In this document: positions 1 through 8,568 of the stretch, one piece after another | Layout of the letters: each line of letters opens with the position of its first letter | Numbering within the stretch: position 1 is the first letter of the stretch | Assembly (NCBI GenBank): GCA_001795735.1 | Contig: MGKQ01000001.1 | Coordinates: 14,808 to 78,807 of the forward strand | DNA from: Candidatus Yanofskybacteria bacterium RIFCSPLOWO2_02_FULL_41_13 | GTDB taxonomy: Bacteria; Patescibacteriota; Minisyncoccia; 2-02-FULL-40-12; GWA2-44-9 | Length of the DNA stretch: 64,000 nucleotides | Direction: 5' to 3' | Made by a program: the position numbers and the translations under genes | Notes under the pieces: model-generated | The model's input: only the letters and a program-made list of their open reading frames with translations | Told to the model about the DNA's origin: nothing | Databases searched by the model: none

Positions 1-315
1 GAACATCTGGAAAATTTTTCTCCCGCCCTAGATCACATCCTAGCAAGCACCAAGAAGATAATCATAGCCAGAACTTATCTCGGCGAAAAACAAGAACGGG
101 ATATTATGCTTAAAGAGCATAGCCAATATCCCTACCCTATGAATCAGTATTCTTTTTTGGATATCTTTAGAACATTCGCCAAATATAACTTTGAAGCGAA
201 GATAGTTCGCGATCGTTACACTGATTCCCTGCCCTATTATGTCCCTTTTGAAACCGTACCCGGACAGGGTTTGGTTAGAACTCAATATGTAATAGTAGGC
301 CGTAAAACAAAATGA
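1..315 (+). CDS. 3' end of an upstream gene (5'-truncated by the window edge), hypothetical protein
   Basis: Frame 1 is open from position 1 to TGA at 313-315. That stop overlaps the ATG of the next gene (ATGA coupling). Confidence 0.4.
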   Translation, partial: EHLENFSPALDHILASTKKIIIARTYLGEKQERDIMLKEHSQYPYPMNQYSFLDIFRTFAKYNFEAKIVRDRYTDSLPYYVPFETVPGQGLVRTQYVIVGRKTK

Positions 316-992
316 GACAAAGTTATACCTCAGTAGTTTATAACGAAACGAGAACACCAATAACCAAATACCCGGACCAACTGGCCGGTTACCTTATTCA
401 TAGGTTCGAATTAAAACCGGGTAATCGTCTTTTGGAACTAGGCTGTGGACGGGGCGATTTTATATCCGCCTTTAAACGAGCCGGCCTTAGCTGCGCCGGG
501 GTAGACAGAGAACCAGCAAGTATCCCCGGAATAGAAGTAAGAAAATGTGATCTATCCAAAGATCCCCTGCCATTTGAAGACGAAAGCTTTGATGTAGTTT
601 ATCACAAATCAGTTATTGAACACCTTTATCAGCCAGACCACATAATGGACGAAACCTACCGGATTCTAAAGAAAGGAGGAAAGTTAATTTTCCTAACCCC
701 CGACTGGGAAAGGCAACTAAAAACTTTTTATGAAGATATCACTCACTGCCGGCCGTATAACGTCACGGCCGTAAAAGACACTCTTTCTATGTGGGAAATG
801 CAAGATATATTGGCCGAAAAGTTTTATCAATACCCGCTATTTTGGCGCTGGCCCATCTTGAAATTTTTAGGCCTATTATTTAACCCCTTTATTTCCGTTA
901 AGCTGGCTCGCTGGTATACTCGTAAAACAAACAAGAAATTTTTTCAATTCTCCATAGAAACAATGGTTCTCGGATACGGTAAAAAGAAGTGA
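312..992 (+). CDS. class I SAM-dependent methyltransferase
   Basis: Motif I LELGCGRGDF followed by acidic motif II. ATGA overlap with the upstream ORF. Confidence 0.75.
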   Translation: MRQSYTSVVYNETRTPITKYPDQLAGYLIHRFELKPGNRLLELGCGRGDFISAFKRAGLSCAGVDREPASIPGIEVRKCDLSKDPLPFEDESFDVVYHKSVIEHLYQPDHIMDETYRILKKGGKLIFLTPDWERQLKTFYEDITHCRPYNVTAVKDTLSMWEMQDILAEKFYQYPLFWRWPILKFLGLLFNPFISVKLARWYTRKTNKKFFQFSIETMVLGYGKKK

Positions 993-1113
993 TATCAATA
1001 TGCAAATGAATTATGCCAATATGCAAATGTAATGCGAATGCCGCGAATATGCAAATACTACATTAATGTAATTCGCAATTCGTAGATTCGCATTAGATTC
1101 GTAGATTTGCATC
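992..1113. promoter_or_regulatory. iteron-like direct repeats (3x AATATGCAAAT[G/A]) plus an inverted ATTTGCAT and TTCGTAGATTCGCAT direct repeats upstream of the 1114 gene
   Basis: Repeats read directly from the sequence at 998-1009, 1018-1029 and 1047-1058. ATTTGCAT at 1105-1112 abuts the ATG. Confidence 0.45.
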
Positions 1114-2715
1114 ATGACTATTAACTTTAATTCTCCGAACTACCTACCAAATTCAGAACAACGACTAGAGCATCTCCGTCGTATTATTAATGGACGCCCG
1201 GTAGCTATTTTGGTCGCCGGCCCTTCGATTAGTGAACTGGAAGAAAGGATCGGCGAACTCTCCCAAGCGGATATTTGTTACTTCGGAATGAACAATTTTT
1301 TTGTTCAGGAAAATCACATTTTAAAAAAAATAGGCAAACATTTTTCCTTATTGGTTGAAGCTGTCGACAACACCAATAAATCATTCTCTTTGGTCTTCAA
1401 TAGAATTATAGACTTTCTGGACAGAAGTGAGGACAATATGCTTGTTTCTTCCTTTACGAACTTTAAAATATCAGGCCCGAATTTTGATTTCCAAAAATTT
1501 TTGCATAAATATAACAATAAACTTCTTTCCCCCTGCGGCGTTTACGACAGGACCGTACCGAATGATGCCCAGCCCCTGCATCTTATACATGGTAACTCAC
1601 TCTCGTGGCTGATATATTTAGCTATTATCGGCAAAGCCTCCAAAATTAGCCTGTTTGGGGCAGACGGTTACACTAAAAACGAGAATACAAAAAAGACGTA
1701 TTACCGCTCTGAAGAATATGGCACAATGCCCCAGAAACAGCTTATGAATAATACCGATAAAGGCTTCAATCCGGTTGTTCCACTTTCATTACAAAATATT
1801 TATAAAACCTACGATCTTAAACCAATACCAATTTTAAATTGTTCTGAAGTTAGCTTTTTAACTCCCTTTCCGAAGGTCTCATATGATGACGCTTTTAATT
1901 TCCTGCTGGGCATAAAGCACACGCAAGAGATTTCTGATCTGCGTATTCCAACCGCCTCAATTATCATCCCAACCCCGGTAGATGATGAAAAACTAAAGAA
2001 TACTTTGAAAAATATTGCCGAACAGTCTTATTCAAATTACGAGACGGTTATCGTCCAAAAGAGTTCAGATTTCTTGGACGCCATGAAAAAAGCCATATCT
2101 TCGGCCAAGGGAAAATATGTTTTCTACTGTCCGCCGGACAACAGCTATCCGGATATTCATTGGATTAATTCTTGCTTAGAAATACTAGAGAACAGGCCCC
2201 AGATTTCCTTAGTCTGCGGTCTGCCTAAAAATACTGAACGGCCTTGGCCAAAGAAAAAGTTTATATATTACTGGCTCAAGAAAAAAAACTTCTTCCCGCC
2301 GAACATGCTCTGCGTCCGAAAGCAAGTTCTGGAAAAGTTTCTGCTCGAGACTGATATCGTCCGTGCAAATACAGAGTTTGAGAATTGGCTGAACTTTAGC
2401 TTATTTTTTAATATGAGCGGGTACTTGCCGGCTTTTATTCCGACAACTATCGCCAAGCATGATCGGACAAGTGAAGACGATGAATCACTAGATAATTACA
2501 GGCGCCAAGTTAATGACTATAAGAATCGTCTCATCTTTAAAAAGACATCGCATCATTTCAGAGACGGCGACGGCAATATCCTACCGGGCAAATTCTATCT
2601 AAGCATATTTTTACTTTATGGTTTAGCCGAGAAAGTTAACAGTAGGTTGCCTCTTTCCTTGCACACTTACTTAAATATTGCTAAAAATATAGTTAGAAAA
2701 TTTTATCAAAAATAA
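1114..2715 (+). CDS. two-domain protein: N-terminal DUF115/Maf-like (MptE-like) domain fused to a degenerate GT2-like glycosyltransferase domain
   Basis: N-terminal GRPVAILVAGPSISE...YFGMNNF pattern as in motility-accessory-factor/DUF115 proteins. C-terminal IIIPTPVDD...YETVIV resembles GT-A fold family 2. Confidence 0.5.
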   Translation: MTINFNSPNYLPNSEQRLEHLRRIINGRPVAILVAGPSISELEERIGELSQADICYFGMNNFFVQENHILKKIGKHFSLLVEAVDNTNKSFSLVFNRIIDFLDRSEDNMLVSSFTNFKISGPNFDFQKFLHKYNNKLLSPCGVYDRTVPNDAQPLHLIHGNSLSWLIYLAIIGKASKISLFGADGYTKNENTKKTYYRSEEYGTMPQKQLMNNTDKGFNPVVPLSLQNIYKTYDLKPIPILNCSEVSFLTPFPKVSYDDAFNFLLGIKHTQEISDLRIPTASIIIPTPVDDEKLKNTLKNIAEQSYSNYETVIVQKSSDFLDAMKKAISSAKGKYVFYCPPDNSYPDIHWINSCLEILENRPQISLVCGLPKNTERPWPKKKFIYYWLKKKNFFPPNMLCVRKQVLEKFLLETDIVRANTEFENWLNFSLFFNMSGYLPAFIPTTIAKHDRTSEDDESLDNYRRQVNDYKNRLIFKKTSHHFRDGDGNILPGKFYLSIFLLYGLAEKVNSRLPLSLHTYLNIAKNIVRKFYQK

Positions 2716-2780
2716 ATTAAAAGTGAATTTTAAAACACGTCATAAAAAACTTGTCAATAATTTAATTATCCACTTTTTGC

Positions 2781-2809
2781 TTGACACCTTTTGACACCTT
2801 TTGATACTG
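2781..2809 (+). promoter_or_regulatory. promoter-like motif TTGACACC-TTTTGACACC-TTTTGATACT (duplicated -35-like TTGACA, -10-like GATACT)
   Basis: Perfect TTGACA at 2781 and 2791, and GATACT 16 nt after the first. The same composite motif recurs at 23616 and 24789. Confidence 0.5.
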
Positions 2810-2844
2810 TTAATCTGGGTAAGTTATTCTTTCTATTTTTATAT

Positions 2845-2888
2845 TTACCTGTACGGCCCGCTATCATATAAGCGGGCCGTACAGGTAA
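2845..2888. promoter_or_regulatory. perfect 18-bp-arm palindrome (TTACCTGTACGGCCCGCT / AGCGGGCCGTACAGGTAA) with an 8-nt loop in the leader of the HTH gene. Candidate operator or stable 5'-UTR hairpin.
   Basis: Arms checked base by base. GC-rich core. Ends 16 nt before the ATG at 2904. No T-run follows. Confidence 0.55.
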
Positions 2889-2903
2889 TAAACCTTTTAA
2901 ATT

Positions 2904-3149
2904 ATGGCTGAAATTAATCCAAACGAAGTCTACACAACAAGCGAGGCTCAATCGCTTCTTAAGATCAGCAACAGCACTATAAAGCGCCTTCTAAAAAGAG
3001 GTGCCATCAAGGCTAATAAAATAGGAGGACAATATCGCGTCATGGGCAAAGAACTTTTGAGACTCCTGTCCCCCACCATAGAAAGACGGGCAGTAGAAAC
3101 CTATCAACGCTTAAAGAAAAAAGTTAAAAGAAAAATTAAAACCTGGTAA
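2904..3149 (+). CDS. small helix-turn-helix DNA-binding protein (excisionase/MerR-like HTH_17 family)
   Basis: SEAQSLLKISNSTIKRLLKRGAIKANKIGGQYRV is the characteristic excisionase-family HTH. Confidence 0.65.
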   Translation: MAEINPNEVYTTSEAQSLLKISNSTIKRLLKRGAIKANKIGGQYRVMGKELLRLLSPTIERRAVETYQRLKKKVKRKIKTW

Positions 3150-3191
3150 GTATTTGTCCGAGAGTGAAATGATCGGTAACAAATACTTACC
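3145..3191. repeat. 13-bp perfect inverted repeat (GGTAAGTATTTGT / ACAAATACTTACC) hairpin overlapping the stop of the HTH gene
   Basis: Seen in sequence. 21-nt loop containing a CCGA/TCGG mini-stem. No T-run. Confidence 0.5.
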
Positions 3192-3479
3192 CCCTCACTC
3201 GAAATATGTATTATTTTTATGTGTTAAAATCAGAAAAAGACAACAATCTATACTTTGGGTATACGAATAATATAAAACAGAGATTTGAGGATCATAACAA
3301 GGGCAAGGTGAGCTCAACGAAGAACAGAAGACCGTTAACCTTGCCCTATTATGAAGCATACGAGTCAGAGAAAGATGCCAGGAACAGAGAACTACAAATT
3401 AAACGTAGAGCAAAAGCTTTTATTAGCTTAAAGCGAAGGATCATATATAGCATTATCTAATTTATTTCGAGTGAGGGGG
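3190..3479. repeat. perfect 16-bp inverted repeats (CCCCCTCACTCGAAAT / ATTTCGAGTGAGGGGG) precisely bracketing the GIY-YIG ORF
   Basis: IR-L at 3190-3205 abuts the ATG at 3206. IR-R at 3464-3479 starts 4 nt after the stop. Confidence 0.6.
3206..3460 (+). CDS. GIY-YIG domain small protein (UPF0213/YhbQ-like)
   Basis: YFYVLKS...LYFGYTNNIKQRFEDHN matches the GIY-YIG motif. About 84 aa. Confidence 0.75.
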   Translation: MYYFYVLKSEKDNNLYFGYTNNIKQRFEDHNKGKVSSTKNRRPLTLPYYEAYESEKDARNRELQIKRRAKAFISLKRRIIYSII

Positions 3480-3567
3480 TGCTGATAATTACAGCTACTC
3501 GCTTTCAAGGCGAAGATTCACGGGGGGAACTTCCTGGGAATCGCCTCCGCTCGTAGGTAATTATCGC

Positions 3568-4569
3568 ATGATCATAACCCGAACACCCTTTAGAATATCT
3601 TTCTTCGGCGGAGGAACTGACTATCCAACCTGGTACAAAGAAAACGGCGGATCGGTTCTGTCTGCCGCCATAAACAAGTATTGTTACATCACGTGCCGGT
3701 ATTTACCGCCATTTTTTAAATATAAACACAGAATCGTATACAGCCAGATTGAATCAGTAGATAAAATAGACCACATAGATCATCCGTCTGTCAGGGAGAC
3801 GATACGCTTTCTTAATATTGATAAAGGGCTGGAGATACACCACGACGGAGATTTGCCGGCTATGTCCGGGCTGGGATCTAGCTCTTCTTTTACTGTCGGC
3901 CTGATAAATGCTATAAGCGCATTAAATGGCACGCTAAAAACCAAGAGAGAGGTGGCCATGAATGCAATTCATATTGAGCAAAATATGATAAAGGAGAATG
4001 TCGGTTCTCAGGATCAGACAGCAGCGGCTTTTGGCGGACTAAACCGGATAGATTTTGGAGGGGCTAAGGAAATATCGATCAAGCCTCTAGTATTGAGCCC
4101 CAATCGGCTTGAGTCTCTTCAAGACCACCTAATGCTATTCTTTACCGGCTTATCACGAGATGCTTCAAAGATCGCAAAAGAACAGGTAACAAACATTAAA
4201 AATAGGGGCACTGAATTGAAATTGATGCACAGATTAGTTGATGAAGGAGAGGCAATTTTAGCAAACAGCAGAAAGGGATTAGATGAATTTGGAAAACTTC
4301 TGAATGAGGGGTGGAAAATAAAAAAATCATTGTCGTCAAAAATAACAAATCCCTATATTGATGACGTATATAAAGCCGGAATACGAGCCGGAGCGTTAGG
4401 GGGCAAACTGCTTGGTGCGGGAGGGGGAGGATTTATTCTATTCTTTGCAAAACCAGAGACGCATGAAAAAATAAAAAGCAAATTAAAAAATTTGCTTTTT
4501 GTCCCTTTCCGGTTTGACCATCTTGGCAGCCGGATTATATATACCGGGAATGACTTTGAAAAGTTCTAG
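3568..4569 (+). CDS. GHMP-family sugar kinase (HddA/heptose-7-phosphate-kinase-like or other sugar-1-kinase)
   Basis: GHMP motif GDLPAMSGLGSSSSFTVGL and C-terminal LLGAGGGGFILFFA. Confidence 0.75.
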   Translation: MIITRTPFRISFFGGGTDYPTWYKENGGSVLSAAINKYCYITCRYLPPFFKYKHRIVYSQIESVDKIDHIDHPSVRETIRFLNIDKGLEIHHDGDLPAMSGLGSSSSFTVGLINAISALNGTLKTKREVAMNAIHIEQNMIKENVGSQDQTAAAFGGLNRIDFGGAKEISIKPLVLSPNRLESLQDHLMLFFTGLSRDASKIAKEQVTNIKNRGTELKLMHRLVDEGEAILANSRKGLDEFGKLLNEGWKIKKSLSSKITNPYIDDVYKAGIRAGALGGKLLGAGGGGFILFFAKPETHEKIKSKLKNLLFVPFRFDHLGSRIIYTGNDFEKF

Positions 4570-5354
4570 AGACTCTTGCCCTGGCCTCCATCGATCACTA
4601 TTGAAGCGCCGTTTACTAGCCGTGCCTTGTCCGAGCAGATAAATGCTACGACATTCGCCACTTCTTCGGGTGAACCAAGTCGTCCCAAAGGAAAATTATC
4701 CATAACAAATTTATTGAACTCTTCTGGATTTTCTTTTTGTTTTTTATCCAGTCCCGTGTCAGGTATCATTATCTGTCCGGGAGCAACGCTGTTAAAAGTA
4801 ATTCCATCCCTCACTAAATCATGTTTAACAGCCAAGCTTTTCATGAAGCTTATCTGAGCACTCTTTGCCATACTATACCACGGTCTTCCCCCCGCTTCAC
4901 GCCCGCATATAGATGATATAGTAACTACCCTTCCCCATTTTTCCTTCCTCATAACAGGCAAGCATCGCATTGTAAACCCAATAGCTGCCGTAACATTTTT
5001 GTCATAAACTTCCTTCCACACATTTTCGGAAGTTTTTTCAACATCATCACTGCCCCAGCTTCCTCCTCCACCAACATTATTTATTAAAATATGTAACTTA
5101 CCCCACACACCAATTATCGTGCTCGTCACACGTTCAATATCCCGCGGTTTTGTGACATCCGCCACCAGACCAAGCCCAGTAACACCCTGACCGTTTATTT
5201 CCTCAACTACCTCAGCGACCCTCTCTACATTTCTTGCACAGATAGCTACATTACAGCCCTCTGCTGCCAGAGCAATAGCTATAGCTCGGCCTATCCCGTG
5301 ACTACCGCCGGTTACTAATGCATACTTACCACTTAATCCTAAGTTCATGTCCAC
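4566..5354 (-). CDS. short-chain dehydrogenase/reductase (classical SDR)
   Basis: TGGSHGIGRAIAIALAAEG Rossmann motif. Confidence 0.8.
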   Translation of the reverse strand: MDMNLGLSGKYALVTGGSHGIGRAIAIALAAEGCNVAICARNVERVAEVVEEINGQGVTGLGLVADVTKPRDIERVTSTIIGVWGKLHILINNVGGGGSWGSDDVEKTSENVWKEVYDKNVTAAIGFTMRCLPVMRKEKWGRVVTISSICGREAGGRPWYSMAKSAQISFMKSLAVKHDLVRDGITFNSVAPGQIMIPDTGLDKKQKENPEEFNKFVMDNFPLGRLGSPEEVANVVAFICSDKARLVNGASIVIDGGQGKSL

Positions 5355-5419
5355 CTCCTTAAATCGTAAGTTATCAAATAAACTGGCTACACAATAGAAT
5401 ACTATTCTGAGTTTGTCAA

Positions 5420-5447
5420 AAAAAATAGGCCGCTAGACCTATTTTAC
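5420..5447 (-). terminator. rho-independent terminator (minus strand) after the transketolase C-subunit
   Basis: AAATAGG / CCTATTT stem followed by a T-run on the minus strand. Confidence 0.45.
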
Positions 5448-5453
5448 TCCATA

Positions 5454-6398
5454 TTATCCAAGCCACTCATATATTCTTGCGACTAACGCATCTCTATCCA
5501 AACGAATCTGGGCATGGACATATTCACGCGTTCCATAAGTAAAACAATCTTCATCTTCAAGGGCAATCCTTTTTAGAGACACGGCTGATAACCCGTAATC
5601 GAATAAAAATTCGCTTATCAGCGAGCCAAGACCACCGATAGGACTATGCTCTTCTAGAGTAACAACTTTTTGACAACCGGTTAGAATTTCTGCCATTAGG
5701 CTAGAATTAAACGGCTTGATACGATACACGTCAACAACTCCGATATCAATTCCCCGAGAATTTAAAATATCTGCAACCGCTAAGGCCCTATGGACCATCA
5801 GCCCCGTTGAGATAATAATTACATCTTTTCCATTTCTGATTTTTGCTAAACCTGCATAAAAATTTTCTTCCCCGGTATAAATTGGCGGAGGATTATCCTT
5901 ATCGAATCGGATGTAAAGAGGTCCGTTAGTGTTTCGATGAGCAATCTCAGGAAAACGAGACAAGCTGACCGTATCAGATGCATTCAAGATCGTCATCCCA
6001 GAGATTGCCCGCAGAATTGATAAATCTTGAACAGCGTGATGTGTAGGTCCGGCATCACCATAAGAATACCCGGCTCCGACTCCCACCAAAGTAACAGGAA
6101 GACCCATTAAGCCTAAATCCACTTTTATTTGCTCATAACATCTCAGGGTAAGAAATGATGCGATTGCATGTACAAAAACTTTTTTACCACCCAAGGTCAA
6201 ACCGGCCGCAACACCTATTAAATTTTGTTCTGCAATCCCGCCATTGATTATCTGGCTGGGTATAGCTTGCTTAAATTTTTCGAAAGTATGAGCTTTCTGG
6301 TCGCCATGTATCAAAACGACACTGCTGTCGGCTAGAGCTAGAGTATATAGCTCCTCAAAAAAGGCATCCCGCATATCTGCGTAGTTTTTAACTTGCAT
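5454..6398 (-). CDS. transketolase, C-terminal (pyrimidine-binding) subunit of a split transketolase
   Basis: Transketolase C-terminal-section-like sequence. Start placed at the ATG with an AGGAG SD (11-nt overlap with the N-subunit gene). Confidence 0.8.
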   Translation of the reverse strand: MQVKNYADMRDAFFEELYTLALADSSVVLIHGDQKAHTFEKFKQAIPSQIINGGIAEQNLIGVAAGLTLGGKKVFVHAIASFLTLRCYEQIKVDLGLMGLPVTLVGVGAGYSYGDAGPTHHAVQDLSILRAISGMTILNASDTVSLSRFPEIAHRNTNGPLYIRFDKDNPPPIYTGEENFYAGLAKIRNGKDVIIISTGLMVHRALAVADILNSRGIDIGVVDVYRIKPFNSSLMAEILTGCQKVVTLEEHSPIGGLGSLISEFLFDYGLSAVSLKRIALEDEDCFTYGTREYVHAQIRLDRDALVARIYEWLG

Positions 6399-7221
6399 TT
6401 TCGTTCTCCTGATATGTAAGTTCCTGCCTAGCCTTAGCAGCAAATTCGCCCTTGGGTGCACCGTGATGCCAATTAGAGTTGTTCTCCATGAACGAAACCC
6501 CCTTGCCCTTTATGGTTTCGGCTATTATAGCCGTGGGCTTATCCGTTGGTTGTTTGGCTCTTTCAAAACCCGACAATATATCCTTAAAATTATGGCCGTC
6601 TACTTTTATCGTGCGCCAGCCAAATGCCTGCCATTTGTTTTCCATCAGAGCAGATCCTGAAAAATTCATGGTAAAATCGGAAGCGCCAATTTTATTATTA
6701 TCTATCACGGCAATCAGATTATTCAGTTGATGATTTTGACCAAACATGGCCGCCTCCCAGACAGAGCCCTCATTGCATTCAGCATCACCCAGAATCACTA
6801 CCGTAAGAAAATTACTTTTGTTCATTTTCGCGCTTAGGGCAAGGCCACAGGCAATACTTAATCCATGGCCCAGAGACCCTGAAGAGATTTCTATTCCCGG
6901 TATTAAATGGTCCGGGTGATCTCCAAGTATCGTTCCATTTTTACCACAATTTTCTAATTCCCCAACGTCGAAAAATCCTAAATCTCCTAAAATTGCATAA
7001 AGCCCAAGCATGGCATGGCCCTTACTAAATATCACCCTATCTCTGTTAGTATTATTTTTTAAGAGAGGAGATACGTTCAAAATACCACCATAGTAGAGGG
7101 CAACAAGGATCTCTACGCAAGAAAATGTACCACCTAGGTGGCCCCTGCCGGCACTAATGCACATTTCCAAAGCCTTCCTTCTAACCCAATTCGCCTTCCT
7201 ATCCAGTTCGTCTGTGTTCAT
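6388..7221 (-). CDS. transketolase, N-terminal (ThDP-binding) subunit of a split transketolase
   Basis: GDLGFFD...GDHPD...GSLGHGL...GDAECNEG are ThDP-binding motifs of the transketolase N-terminal section. Confidence 0.8.
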   Translation of the reverse strand: MNTDELDRKANWVRRKALEMCISAGRGHLGGTFSCVEILVALYYGGILNVSPLLKNNTNRDRVIFSKGHAMLGLYAILGDLGFFDVGELENCGKNGTILGDHPDHLIPGIEISSGSLGHGLSIACGLALSAKMNKSNFLTVVILGDAECNEGSVWEAAMFGQNHQLNNLIAVIDNNKIGASDFTMNFSGSALMENKWQAFGWRTIKVDGHNFKDILSGFERAKQPTDKPTAIIAETIKGKGVSFMENNSNWHHGAPKGEFAAKARQELTYQENENAS

Positions 7222-7362
7222 CTTTCCCTACCTATTTCTTTTTAAGGATCTTTCGTACAAAAAGCATACTATAGTTTTCAATTAAATCAAGCGGTTAGGT
7301 TGACAAGCATGATAAGATTATTTACTCTCCACTAATGCTTGGTACAAACGAGGGGCAGTAAG

Positions 7363-8481
7363 ATGACAAATAATACCAAAGCTCTTTACAAATCTAGGAC
7401 TGATTTCCAACCACAACTTGATACTTTTAAGCGTCGAACTTTACGGCAAATGGAGAATGTGCAAACACCCTATTACCCGATTTGTGTTAAGGATCTGATT
7501 AGCATAAAGGTATGCCCTTTGTGCCGTAATTCTCACATCGTTCCGATTGCCCAGGTATATTTAAAAGATAGGTTTACTTTTTTTTCTACCGGCGTATGCC
7601 AAAGTTGCGGATTTGTATTCCGAACAATATCGCCATCCTATGCCTGGTTTCAAAAACGCTGGCGACAAATAAGGACCGACTCCCTTGAACCATTTAATCC
7701 AGCAATAGAAAAAATCCGAAGGCGCCGTTACATGCAATACCTGCGTCTTATCCGAAAATATAAACCTTCCGGCAGCCTATTGGATATAGGCGCGGCAAAT
7801 GGAACCGGGTCTGCCTTACTTCACGAATACGGCTATGATGTTAACTGCATTGAACCGGAAGACAACAAAGCTCTAATCATTACAAACAAGCATGGGCTTC
7901 CCTTGGTTGCAAATGATATCGAAAAATTCTTGAACCGTACGAGTATAAAACAATACGACGTGGTTGTATTCGCTCACTGCCTAGAACACTTGGATAATCC
8001 AGTCAAGGTCATGCGTAAAATCAGACGTGCCATAAAGCCTGACGGCCTTCTGTATCTGGAAGTACCCATAATGAAAAATTTTGTCACCTGGAGCGATGCG
8101 CTGTATCTGACGCACAAAAGTAACTTCACAAAAGAGACACTTACATATCTGACTGAAACTTGCGGATTTGAAACTTTAGAAACAAGACGTTTCCGCCACA
8201 GCCGAAGCGAACCATTGGACTTCGGCATGGTGCTCCGGCCGATACAAAATACTTTCAAATCAATAAAATCAATAAAAAAAATTACTGCCAAAGACATCAT
8301 TACCATATGTAACCTGTATCGGCGCGGTCTGCCGCCGGCTTTCAGAAATTTTCCGGCTAAAATTCTGCGTTACGAAGTTAATGCAATTGAGCAATTTTAC
8401 TGCACACTCCGCCTCGATCATAAATCTCTAAAAGTACCCGCCGATCCGAATGGCGCTATTACCTTTGAACAGCACTCATAA
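7363..8481 (+). CDS. SAM-dependent methyltransferase with N-terminal Cys4 zinc-ribbon (sugar C-methyltransferase-like architecture)
   Basis: CPLCRNSH...CQSCGF zinc ribbon, then LLDIGAANGTG motif I. Start moved to the ATG preceded by GAGGGG SD (the ORF-track start is a TTG). Confidence 0.7.
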   Translation: MTNNTKALYKSRTDFQPQLDTFKRRTLRQMENVQTPYYPICVKDLISIKVCPLCRNSHIVPIAQVYLKDRFTFFSTGVCQSCGFVFRTISPSYAWFQKRWRQIRTDSLEPFNPAIEKIRRRRYMQYLRLIRKYKPSGSLLDIGAANGTGSALLHEYGYDVNCIEPEDNKALIITNKHGLPLVANDIEKFLNRTSIKQYDVVVFAHCLEHLDNPVKVMRKIRRAIKPDGLLYLEVPIMKNFVTWSDALYLTHKSNFTKETLTYLTETCGFETLETRRFRHSRSEPLDFGMVLRPIQNTFKSIKSIKKITAKDIITICNLYRRGLPPAFRNFPAKILRYEVNAIEQFYCTLRLDHKSLKVPADPNGAITFEQHS

Positions 8482-8484
8482 CAT

Positions 8485-8510
8485 ACCGCCATAATTATGG
8501 CGGTTTTTGA
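8485..8510 (+). terminator. rho-independent terminator
   Basis: ACCGCCAT / ATGGCGGT stem followed by TTTTT. Confidence 0.6.
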
Positions 8511-8568
8511 CATGCTATAAAAAATAGTTTATCTTAATGCCAAGCAAAAAACGAATTGGGAGGTTATC

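Noticed and set aside
40-360. 106-aa ORF on the minus strand at the window start
   Set aside because: The plus-strand frame is open from position 1 and terminates in an ATGA overlap with the methyltransferase gene. The minus-strand ORF is antisense to it and has no recognisable domain.
1105-1112. ATTTGCAT octamer identical to the eukaryotic Oct-1 site
   Set aside because: Coincidental in a bacterial AT-rich leader. It is relevant only as the inverted copy of the local AATATGCAAAT repeats.
2904-3149. Excisionase-family HTH gene as evidence of a prophage or integrative element
   Set aside because: No integrase, recombinase, att-like direct repeats or phage structural genes anywhere in the window. 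The protein is more simply a local transcriptional regulator.
7299-7327. TTGACA-17 nt-TTACTC as promoter of the Zn-ribbon methyltransferase gene
   Set aside because: The -35 is perfect but the -10 is weak. Not listed as a feature; noted only as a possibility.
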